DNA of 64,000 nt from Nymphaea colorata (taxonomy: Eukaryota). The DNA lies in NCBI RefSeq assembly GCF_008831285.2, contig NC_045138.2:38068001-38132000 (forward strand). Direction: 5' to 3'. The notes under the pieces were generated by a model that was not told the DNA's origin, did no database searches, and worked only from the letters and a program-made list of their open reading frames with translations. A program made the translations under genes and the position numbers. Positions within the stretch are counted from its first letter, which is position 1. Every line of letters begins with the position of its first letter. Shown here in pieces: positions 1-11,157 of the stretch.

Positions 1-1129
1 ATAGATTGCAGCTTGTCTATTAATACTGAAAGCTGAGCACTTGAAGCAGGCATTGTTTTTTAACTAAAACTAAGGGAGTTTATTATGAGCGTGAATTGTA
101 TGGTTTCTCTAGCTAGATGGTTTGATTGGATTCACAAAATACGAGGAAAAGAAAGCAATAAAAGTAAAAATAAAAAGAGGCAAGACTAATAGGTGGTGTG
201 CTCTTCCCTCTTAAGTCTGTATATATGAAAACTTTGTTGCTTGTGCCTGTACAATGAAGGACATAAAAACTATTGTGTTGCTGGGTGTGAAGAGGCTGGA
301 TCATCATCTGTGGTATTTAGCAGGTTGACTTTAGGCGAAGTTGTTTGTTCTGCACTGAGCCTTCGACTGCAATCTCCAGTAGTAAGTTGACTATAACTAA
401 AGATTGAGTTGTTAGATGTTATCAACCACCCATCTGTTCGGATTCTTTTGTTATACCTTTCAATATTTTTTGGTTTATTTCAACCAAGGAAAGGAATAAT
501 TTGGAAAAGCTCCTGTGTTATTCATATTTCTTAAAACCTTTACCCGAGTTAGTGCAGTTCGCAAGTAACATCTTCTGGTATGTTCTTGCAGTAACCATCT
601 CCTGGTATGTTCTTACTTTTGCATAGTGTATGGTTGTTAATGATTGACAGTTAGATATACAAGTGACGGTCTGCAACAATCTGTGAGTGCGTTTTTGTGT
701 GTTTGAGTTGCTCGCGTACCTTGTGTGTGGGGTGGGGGAGGGGGACGAGGTGGCACAGAAAATGTTAAAAAGATATTTGAAATTATGCGTTTACGTTTAC
801 CTTTTATCTTCACATTATGTGCACTGCTTACTGCAAATAGTTTGGATTCGAGACGAATCTTTCCTTTCCAAACTTGTTTGATTAGATTTTAATATAATTA
901 GATTGGGATATGGACTCAAGTTCAATCATTATTATTTATAACCAAATTTGGATCCAACTAGCATGAGATTCGAGATGTATAACTAACCGAGTAGAAATTT
1001 GTCGGATCCTTACAGGGTATTTTGCTAATAAATTGCATGTCAAGATTGAATCATACCTGACTAGATTGATCCAATAATTGGATATATTGGATTCATTTAC
1101 ATCCCTATCTTACTGGGGTTGAACCTTTG

Positions 1130-1134
<5 letters not shown>

Positions 1135-1186
<52 letters not shown>
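1135..1186. repeat. (TC)n microsatellite
   Basis: About 26 uninterrupted TC units. Confidence 0.95.
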
Positions 1187-1188
<2 letters not shown>

Positions 1189-1921
1189 GTTGTGATGGCA
1201 TTGAGAGACTGTCTGGTTGAAGGGTTCCTCTAAATAGGATTGTTTTTAAGTAGATTGCTTTTATTTCTACTTCTCGTCAATAAGAAAGAGTACTGGTGGG
1301 ACTGATCAAAAGGAGGAGTCTTTTTTATAGGGCTGGACAAGAATGAAATTTCAGATGAAGTGGAAGTGACATAGAGTGAAAACTTTATAAATTAGGAACT
1401 CATAAAGATCATGAAACAAATTTTAAAATGACGACAAATAATTGAAATTCTTAAAGTTGCTTTCAGTGTGTATTTGTACTTTGTCTGTTCATGCCAATTA
1501 AATGATTCAAATTTGTTTCTTTGGGCTCTCTAATTTCATGAGCTTTGACTTTCTGCTCTTTTTTCAACTCCTTATATATGAAAAAAGAGGAGGGGAAGCT
1601 CTTAGTTAGTTCTTGTTATATGTATGAAGAGTTGTTGAGCCAGTTCCTTGTAGAATGAGGAGGAAGGACAGTGTCTAGGTGCTTGATGAGGCTATTATGA
1701 GAAAAGCTCTTCGGCCCTCTATGTTGTGCCACCTAGAGAAGCCTTTTGTACATAATTTTGAGAGACCACCCCTTAATGTCATCACTAACCTTAGTAGCTA
1801 CCTTTCAGTTTTATGTGTCTCAATCTCAGAGCTTCTCTTTCAAGACATCCGATAAAGTTGGAACGATACCGCCATAGGGCTTCATTTTTGCCTTGCTAGA
1901 TCACCGCCATGGATGAAAACC

Positions 1922-2146
1922 TAAGCCTGGGCACTGCGTACCCAACGGGTACTTGGTACTCTGCCCGATAAGTTGTCATGCAGCCCGATGGGTTTGATCA
2001 ATCAGACCATTTTATTTAAATATTATTTATTATAATTAATTATATTTATATATTATTTTATATTAAAAATATATTTTTTAGTGTTAATCGGGTCCACTAG
2101 AATTCCAGTTCCAAGTCAGGCCGGGCCGGCCCCATGCATAGGCCTA
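1922..2146. mobile_element. Degenerate hAT-type MITE
   Basis: Imperfect TIR TAAGCCTGGGCA / TGCATAGGCCTA. Flanks ATGAAAACC and ATGAAACC resemble an 8-bp TSD with one indel. AT-rich core with GC-rich ends. Confidence 0.6.
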
Positions 2147-3525
2147 ATGAAACCTGTACTTGTATTGTATATCGGATTTCAACAATTTAGAGCCTAATCA
2201 CTTCCAACTGGTCCCTGGGCCATAGCTATGGTCTGGATCCAAATGAATGAGGCCAAGAGGAATGAAATCTTGGACCAATGGAAACCCACGTTGTCTAACT
2301 TGGGTTTTTCTCATTTCAAGAATATTTGCTTGCATCGCAAATCTCCTTTTGCATCTTTTTCAATCGTCAACTCTGCGTTCCATAGAGAACCTGATGCAGC
2401 GATTAAAATTCTTCTCCCTAATCGTCGCAGAGATGCAAAGTAAGAAAAGCAAACTAATGAAAATAAAGAGAAGAATAAGAAAGAGGAAAGGAATTAGGGC
2501 TCTACAATCAAATGATATTTCATTTTCCTCAAACGAATCCCCTTAAAATGGGTTTTTCCAAATGGTTTTGGATCTTGCATCCAAATACAAATGCAACAAA
2601 TGATAATCAAAAGGTTCAAACTTAACCAAACAAAGTGAAAGCTCAAAATAAAACTAAGCACCCTGTGCGTTAGGGCACAGGGCAATCGGACGATGGCCCG
2701 ATTCCGGTGTTCCGGCGGACGTCCTGTTCATACCATTGATGGGGGGAAAGCTCATTCTTAACAAATTTTCAAATGTTATCACAGGAAATGCTAGATGGTG
2801 CAATTGCGACTAAAAGGAATTTTAATTTGAAAAGGTTATGAGCACCGAACTGTTGCCTGAGTTTTCTTCAGGAACTGACCACTACAGGTAAATCTATTCT
2901 AGTTAATCATCCATCCCATCCTACTTCTTGCCCAACTACAAATCAACTATGCTAACTAAGTAAATTGCTTGGGAGAAATATGCGTTGGTATCAATGCTGA
3001 AAAATATATGCTCGACATTAGAAGCTAAAACTCTTTGCACATAGAAAACCAGAGGACAGACAACAGGGAAAGGAAGAGATGTTACCTGGACCTCACCAGC
3101 TTTCAGGCTGCCATGAACATGATGCTTCTTTACGGAAGCGCAAAGAAACTCCAAACCGTCCCTGCATAATGAGTAAATTGATTTCCAGTAGGAATATGCT
3201 GGGGAGAAAGGCCCCCTTCATCCTAAACAAGTTGCGCCGTGATGGTGGGGAGCCTGTTAAGGAACTTCAACCTGCACGCGTTTTCTTTCACTTCCTTCCA
3301 TTGTGCAGGGGTACCCCTTCTAGAGAGGGCTATTTGCAGGCACCTATGCCAACTATTGTTGTTGGTTATGACCTTCTTGATGCCTCCAATTTCTCCCATT
3401 CTAGCGACTTACTGAGAAAAACCAACTCTGCATCATCTTTTCTTCCTCCCCTCCCTGTACTGACGCCTCACAATTAATCGTTGTCCTCTGTTGGTTTTTT
3501 CCTAGCTGCAAAAACTACCACTAAG

Positions 3526-3947
3526 TTCATTTCAGCTCTTGTTGGGAGTCATCAATCTTCTTGTTCTTTCATCCAAATTTGAGAATGTGCTGTGTGCTTG
3601 TCCTTCGTACATTGACTCGATATCATCAAAATCCTCACTGCGACTGCCGTCTGTTCTTCCTTCTATGTAGCCACGCATGCCACATTTTTTTGGGAGCTTC
3701 ATCCATAATCTTCAGATTAATGATATTTCCCTGGTGCATGTAGTAGGAGTATTTGATCGCAAGTACAACAAAAAAAAGCGAAAAAACATGTTTACCATGT
3801 TCAGCGATCTGGAAGCAGGAAATGTTATCGCAGTGATACTGAGGACTTTGGTGATTTGGAGTCCATGTATGAAGGACAAGCACGCAGCATATTCTCAAGT
3901 TTGGATGAAAGCATTGGGAAGATTGATGCCTACTACCGTGAAATGAA
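3526..3947 (+). ncRNA. Candidate hairpin RNA / young MIRNA precursor formed by inverted duplication of a PHO2/UBC24-like N-terminal coding fragment
   Basis: 3566-3637 pairs with 3840-3911. The first 47 bp have no true mismatch on the + strand (4 G:U). Outer helices are 3550-3560/3918-3928 and 3526-3534/3939-3947, with a ~185-nt loop. Transcription and processing are not demonstrated. Confidence 0.6.
3541..3670 (-). pseudogene. Second, inverted decayed PHO2/UBC24-like N-terminal fragment (5' arm of the hairpin)
   Basis: The minus strand reads SEDFDDIESMYEGQAHSTFSNLDE, then a 1-nt frameshift before KIDD. Confidence 0.65.
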
Positions 3948-3975
3948 GCAGCAAAAAATCAGTGTTCTGTTGTAA
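3788..3975 (+). pseudogene. Decayed fragment resembling the PHO2/UBC24 N-terminus (3' arm of the hairpin)
   Basis: The frame from 3841 reads EDFGDLESMYEGQARSIFSSLDESIGKIDAYY, then diverges to a stop at 3973-3975. It resembles the recalled plant PHO2 N-terminal motif (YGGxAQxIxSxL[DE]E[ST]IGKID). The upstream ATGs at 3788 and 3797 are out of frame with it. Confidence 0.7.
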
Positions 3976-4750
3976 AGGCAGAAAGGAACGGGTTCTAAGA
4001 AAAAATTATCTTTAAAAGGTCTTTCTCTTATCCTTGAGAAATTCTTAGCAAAAATGAAGAAACTTTTCATTGCAAAATTTTTCTGTTGAATGAGAAAAGT
4101 CTTGTCTAGGCCTTATGAGTTTCTTGAGTTTAAAGAGTCTTCGACTAATTAGGGTTCTAATGGCTTTTTGAAGATTCGGAAGTGCTTAGTCGCCCTTTGA
4201 TTTGCTAAAAAAGAAGAACAGCAACATCACCTAACTCGATATGGCGAAGCTTTAGGTTGGATCGTAATAACGACAAGTGTCCTCTACTTTATACTCATCA
4301 AGCGTGTTATATTTCACTTCTCAAAACAAAGGAAGTTACTTGTTCTTTAAAAAAAAAAAAAAAACTCATTCCTAATGTTCAAATTAAAAATTTGAATATG
4401 GGATATTGAGTATACGATATTTATTTAAAAATATTTTCGATCCAAATCAGGATCCGGATGATATTTACTTACTTTTAAATCCGATAAGATGTAAATCTGA
4501 ATCATGTCTGATTTCTTAATCAGATATCATTTTTTTCATATCCATTTTTTAAATTTAAGTTATTCCTATTAGATTTATTGACATCCCTGGTGTCACATGC
4601 GTCAAATCAATGATATTTTTATCTGAAACTGAATCTACCATATACGGGTAATCTGGATCGGGTGAATTCGTTCAAAATTGTTATGCATAAATAATTTTAT
4701 TTTATTTTATTTTTCTATCCACAGAAGATGTAGATCTTGAGGATCACTAA

Positions 4751-5120
4751 AGGGGTGTTTGATGAGGCTGAAATTATGGAATTGTAGAATTGAACTTTTT
4801 ATTTTTTATGAAGTGGGAATTGTATTATCAAACAAAGAATTTTGATTTTGGAATTATAGGCTCATGTTTTAATTAAAATTTTTGTGATTAGAGATGGAAT
4901 TATGATTTCAGAATCATGGAATTTTTTTCATATCTCTATAAAGCATATGTGATGATAATTTTGATTCATCAATTCTAGAATGTTATTTTTTATCGCAGTC
5001 ATTTTCAATTGTAGAATCAAAATTGTGAACTGCCAAACACAATGAAAAACTAGAAGCGAAATTTTCATTCCAATTTCAATTTTAAGTGAAATTTTGTTTC
5101 TAGAAATTTAATTCTAAAAT
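4751..5120. mobile_element. Tourist/PIF-Harbinger-like MITE remnant; a homologous fragment lies at ~55257-55380
   Basis: Starts AGGGGTGTTTGATG, with an internal CCAAACAC. About 120 nt align with 55257-55380 (shared TATCAAACAAAGAATTTTGATTT). Confidence 0.5.
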
Positions 5121-5774
5121 CAAAATTTAAAGAGCAATATTATAATAACAATAATATAATAATAATGTAATAATAATAATAATATCATTAATAATAATAA
5201 GGAACGATAGCAAGCCCCAAAACTGAAAGAAATGAATGAGCTTTATCGATGTCTTCCAAAGCGACCATGGACGAATCTGAGGACTTTCCGCTTTTTACCC
5301 AAACCCTCCCATCTTAGTCCTCCCCTAATCCTTAATTTCATGTTCCCCTTTTATTTTGTATAGTTATTTAAGAGAGCAGCATACTTTTCAATAATTAAAA
5401 ATCGTCACCCAAAAAAATAAATTCACACGCCCAAATTTAGTTTTGATTGGGCAAAATTATACCCTTTTGGCTCCTTTACTTAAGAAAGAAGTATTAAGTT
5501 GCACCATCGTTAACGAGTTCATGTTTGGCCGTCTTACCTTCATTCTTTTTTTTTTTTTTCTCCTTGGAATGTTCATTTGGAAAAACTTTTACCGTGAACT
5601 TTGAAACAATGTTTGCATCGGATTGATTAAGCAAAAATTAGTGACACCATATGGAAATGTTAGCTTTTGTTGGTTGTATCTGAATAATAAAAAGCGTTCA
5701 GGTAACGTTTTGCGTAGCTTCCCCGTTACTTTGTGAGTCTCGCCAACTAAGTCTCTCTCTCTCTCTCTCTCCCC

Positions 5775-8700
5775 ATGGATCGGAAACGCCTCTGCTGTTC
5801 TCCCTCCTCCAAGTTAGCGTAAAGTTGCTTTATCTCTTCCCTCTTTCGTTTTCTTAACTTTTCACCGAAATTCTGGTTTTTTATGAGTCACGCATGCCTC
5901 GTTCTGATCGCCTGACTTTGTTCTTGTTCCATCCCCGTCTTTCCTTTGGTTTGCTCATCCCAGTGATTGCTTCGTGGGCATGTCTGCTTCTTCCTCCTCC
6001 TTGCCTGGCGACGTGTTCACCGTCGACGAGGACCCCAATCACCAGAAGCGGAAGAAGAATATAGTAAGAAGCCCATAATCAAATTCTTCTCCTGCGATCC
6101 TTCACTCTGTTGATCAGTATTTTTTTTTTTCGGTTGTTTCGGGGATGATTCCGTCCTCACTCTGTTGATCAGTATTTTCCTTTTTCTCGGTTGTTTGGGT
6201 GATGATTCCGTCCGACGATCTTTTTGCGGACCATGCGGGTTATTCTTTCTCTGTTTTTTTTTTTTTTGGGTGAGAAGAGCGTCCTTCACATCCCTCCGTT
6301 TAGGTTTGCCTACTGGCGAAGGAATTCACATTTTTCTTGACTTTTGTGGTCTTCCCTTTTCGTTGCGTAGTGAATTATGGTGGGGCCGTTGGTCCATACT
6401 TTATTTTTTCTTTTTCTTTTTCTTTTTTTCTTAACCTTTTCCGTCAAGTGTTTTTTCCTTCTGTCTTTTTTCTTTTCTTTTTTTTTTTTAACTGCAGCGT
6501 GCTTAGGTTCGAAAGTTGGTTATCAGTACAGAATGGCGTGCTGAATTCACTGTTTGTCAGGTTCAGTCGAGTTGGTGGACTTGAAGTCTTATTGGGGTTT
6601 CTCTCCGTTGTATCGCTATGTTGATCTGGGTTTCTATTATGCACATACTTTAACTTTGATCTTTCACCGCTGTTGACCTCTTTTATTGTGTTGCTCTTAA
6701 CTCTATTTTTGCGGTGTTCAGTTCCTTGTTCTTAATCTTTGTTTATTCTGTGTGTGTGGGGTTCGTCGTTTCCTTTACCTTAATCGTCCGAATGAGATTT
6801 CATCTGTTCTGGATGTTTTTTGAGGGTGTTTTATGTCGGTGATTAAGCAGTACGTACGCGGTTACTAACTTTGCGAAGTGGTCTGTTCATATTCTGAATC
6901 CAAGCAACCCGTTGGAGGCAGTAGCCGAGCCGCTCTTTGCTAGTTTTGTTCATAATTACTAATATTGAACTCCGCATGCAAGGAACAATGCCGTGATGAT
7001 CTAGGTTTCAGGAAAATTTAGGAGAAAAATATTGAAGATATAAAAAATTAAAGAAGGATAGAATAATAAAAATGGAATTAAAAATGTATAAAATATAGAA
7101 AACAATTGAAAATGTTATACCTCTCTTGTTAAGTAGTCATACTACAACAACAAGATCGTGACTATATTGTTTACAAATGTCCCCTGTTACCTGCGTCAGA
7201 GATTGATTAACCGAAAAGGGTTTTTTTTAAATACCAGGGATGTCTATGGTCATTGTTTTGTTTTTCTATCCCTATCTTAAGCCTTTCAGAAGGTACCGAC
7301 TTGCCAATTTCTGAAAAGGACAACTTAGGAGTTGAGAGACCCATTTGGTTTAAATGTTGCTTATGCTATGCAATGATGCTTATACTTTATCATGGGATTA
7401 GAAAATTAATCATAAGACCGCATTTTGATTCTAAATTAATGGAAGTAACTAATAGACCATCTTTTGAATCATGAATCTTTGCTGTTACGTGATTGTGATC
7501 CACTAAAAGCTCATATTCGTCAATATAAATAGCTATGCATAAAGCTAACCAGAGGAGAAAGAAAATGAGCAGAAGCCTAAACATAAGGAAAATAAAAATG
7601 AATAAGGAAATGCAGTTCCGATAAAATTGACAAGAAAATTTCAAACCACCACAGACAACTAAAATCATAGTATCTGGGGTGATCCCCATCCACTTATCTT
7701 TGGTAGTTTAACAATCACGTACTTGCTGATTTCATCTGCATGGGCTTGTAAACTGGAACTTGTAACTGTTATCAACCTGGTCGTTTTGCAATTGCCAAGA
7801 CTGAAAGTCTGGAATTATGTTGTACAGAAAGAGATCGTGCTCTTTTTGTGCATAACAGATTCAAATCATTAGGATTTATGGACTTGATTGTGCCAATAAT
7901 CACTATAAAGATGCAAGCTTGTAACAATTTTTAAGCAACAAGGTCAGTGAAACTCTTCTGCTAACTTCCACGAAGTAACAAAATGACTGAATTCTTTAGT
8001 CTTAATATCTATCCCGTAAAGGGCAGTTAATATAAACAAAACTCTCCCATGTCAACTGAAGAAAAGTGATGAAGGCTTTCATAAATATCTCACTGTAACC
8101 ATGCTAGCTAATGATTAAAATTGTGTTACCCTATCATGAATTTTATAGTAAACTTAAGTTATCTTCCGCCTTCTAGGGATCCATGATTTCTATTTTCGTC
8201 ATATTTTGCTCAAGGCATTAGAACTATGCTCAAGCAAGTCAATATATTCATATACCTATCATGACTAATATAACTTGTACCTTTCATGTCTTGTTTTAGC
8301 AATAAAATCACAATAAGAAAAGTTCTTCAAACTTAATTTGATAACTCACTTTTGTAGTATGGTAATCCTTTCTGCACAATGGCACTTCTTCAGAACTGTT
8401 CACATTGGGATATTGATATTTTATACTTATGCAGGGCGAGTGTGGAGCTTTCACTATTCCTCCAGATGAGGTTATTCAGATTGACGATGATGACGTTCCT
8501 CAAAATGGAATCATAATTGGTGGGAGCAGTGCTTTTTCAATGTTTCAGGGGAAGAATGAACCCATGGTGCTTCCTCATGGTGGAGAGAAGGTTACACCAG
8601 ATTTTTTATCCTTTGGCATGGCCATATGTGTTTGGGCTGCTCCGTCTAATTGAGATATTTGCTGAAGAAACTAATGTTGTTCTACTTGCTTCCTTTCTTT

Positions 8701-11157
8701 CAGAGGGATGTTGCAAAACTAGCAGAGAGTTCCTGGGAAAAAAAAGTAGCTGTTCTTCTTAGTGATTACAACTTGTCATATCTGGATCTGGACCCTTGTG
8801 ATGGCCAAAGACTTGTGGGCAGTCAACCAACAAGCACAATCTCAAATGATTCTGATGAATACATGGGTGTGGAAGAAGATTATGAGGTTGCATATGTTTC
8901 AGATGGCGATTCTTTATCTCCTTGGACAGCGGATATGTTTGCACATGAGCCTGATCCAAGCTCATCAGCAGGACCAAGCTGTCCAAGTCTGATAGAGCAG
9001 ATTGAAGCAAACATTGCGAGATTTAGAGAATTCAAGCAGTTCGACACTGTTGTTGATCATTCAGATAATCACTTCGATAAATTACAAAATCCAGGGAAGT
9101 TCTCTCTTTTCAATACAGATAACTTACATCCTCAGGTGGGCAAGGAACTTTCAAATGTTTCTTCCTCCTGGGTCTTCCATCAGTGACTGATTGTATATGC
9201 ACCTTTCTCAGCCACGGCAAATGACTTCAAAAGAATGGACAAGACACATACAGCAGGAGTGGAGCATCCTGGAGAAGGATTTGCCAGGTACGACATAGCC
9301 ATATTTTATCTTAAAAATGTTACGTGTTAGTTATGTATTTGCTAGACTCTTAGTTTACATTTTCTATTTTCATTTGTTGCTTATTTAGTCATTTTTTAAT
9401 GTCTTCTTATTAGTTCCTCTTTTATCTTATTTTTACCTAATTTTTAGGATTTCTTTTTTTAAAAAAAAATTGCTGAGATTATCCTGAGAAACATAACTTT
9501 TTTCATATTATACCAGAGAAAAACTTTGCCGTTTAATAACTGTAAATGATATATGTCTCCATAGCCTATAACCTGATTAAATGGTTAAGGAAATAACTCA
9601 TCGAGCATAAAAGTAAAGTCAAACCGTTTGAAACATAATCCTGCAGCTTTTTTGGCAACTCTTAATCCATGACTCTGTCAACCATTTACAAATTTGCAAG
9701 AGCTTGATGTTCTTAGTTCTTACATGAAAATGCTACCACTATCTGTCATAAGCATCATGGAATTTCCTAAAATGCTTGATCCTTACGTATGGACAAGTGT
9801 TGAAAACTTGAAATAGCATGGCTGATTATTTTTATATTCTTGGGACAACCATTTTTTTTACGGAACTTCTTATTTTCTAATTTGGCAGATACAATATATG
9901 TTAGAGTGTATGAAGAAAGAATGGATCTTTTGAGGGCTGTCATTCTAGGGGCTGCAGGAACTCCATACCATGATGGTCTTTTCTTCTTTGACATTTCTTT
10001 CCCACAAGACTATCCATACAGCCCACCGGTAAGTTTTTTCTTAATAGGGTGCTCTTCATGTGTGCTTTTGTTATCATTTGCAAGATTTTAACGGCTTGTT
10101 GACTGATTGTTTTGCAGTTGGTTCACTATCACTCTTTTGGCCACAGGATAAATCCAAACTTGTATGAATGTGGCAAGGTCTGTCTTAGCCTTTTGAATAC
10201 TTGGCATGGCAGCCGTGCAAACAGTGAGACATGGATACCAATGAGATCCACTGTTCTTCAAGTTCTGGTTTCTATCCAAGGTCTAGTTTTGAATGAGAAA
10301 CCTTACTTTAATGAGCCTGGATACGAAAGATCAGCAGGCAAGAAAGAAGGTGAGAGCAAGGCGAGGGACTATAACGAGCAGACTTTCCTTTTATCTGTGA
10401 AATCTATGTTACACCTTCTGCGGAATCCCCCAAAGGTTGGTTCAGACTGCATAAATGTTTATTATGTCTTGCTGAATTTCTTTGGAATTTTATTGCATAA
10501 TTTGTTGGAAGAGCTTCAGATGTTTGAAATCTGTTTATTGCCTGCCTCTGACTTGAATCGTTATGATATCTAAATAGCTATGTGGTTCTCGAGCATAATA
10601 GTGATGTGCAAATTGGCAGCTAGCCTGATTTTAATGGATGCCAACACTTGGAGGAACTTGATATGTGACTAACTGGAGGTGCCTCCATGTCCCGCATTCA
10701 TCAGTCTTCCCCTTGCTGGCTGGATCTTTCAGTTGCTTGATTAACTTTCTAGAAGCAGCTTTGCTTATCTAGTTCTAATGATGTTCAGACTTCTGGAATC
10801 TTCTCTTTGAGGGTTGATGATGAGAGAGATTAAGTTCTTTTTTTTTTCCTTTCTATTTATTTTTTCCAGCATTTTGAATCATTTGTTGCCGGGCATTTCT
10901 ATGTGCATGCACCGTACATTCTGGAGGCATGCCAAGCATACATGCAAGGAGCACAGGTGGGTTGTCTTGCAGCAGGCGGCATCCAGGATGTGGATCAGGG
11001 AGACAAAAGTTGCTCTGAAGTTTTCAAAGCATCACTTTCTGATCTCTTCCCAAAGTTGGTGACAGCATTTACTGATAATGGAAGTGATTGCCAGAAATTT
11101 GTCCCCAAGCCAAAAGAACCACGCGAGCGGAAACTGATAGTGAAAACCTGGGACTGA
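5775..11157 (+). CDS. UBC25: Ubiquitin-conjugating enzyme E2, UBC25/26-like (UBC23-26/PHO2 family UBC domain), ~515 aa, 8 exons
   Basis: Exons 5775-5812, 5964-6063, 8435-8590, 8704-9135, 9212-9287, 9889-10028, 10118-10435, 10870-11157, all GT-AG and phase-compatible. UBC domain: IQQEWSILEKDLPDTIYVRVYEERMDLLRAVILGAAGTPYHDGLFFFD...HRINPNLYECGKVCLSLLNTW (catalytic Cys)...LNEKPYFNEPG. The C-terminal GAQVGCLAAGGIQDVDQGDKSCS resembles plant UBC25/26. The first three exons are less certain than exons 4-8. Confidence 0.9.

Noticed and set aside
2333..2445. Possible MIR399 precursor on the minus strand
   Set aside because: Only a short imperfect complement (~2432-2445) exists with no convincing stem, and the putative mature sequence has three changes.
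3079..3477. 132-codon + strand ORF upstream of the hairpin
   Set aside because: No recognisable domain. It lies within a putative intron (2888-3505) and has no supporting exon chain.
6017..6644. F-rich and K-rich ORFs on both strands
   Set aside because: Translations of T-rich intron 2 of the UBC gene, which contains a short local duplication.
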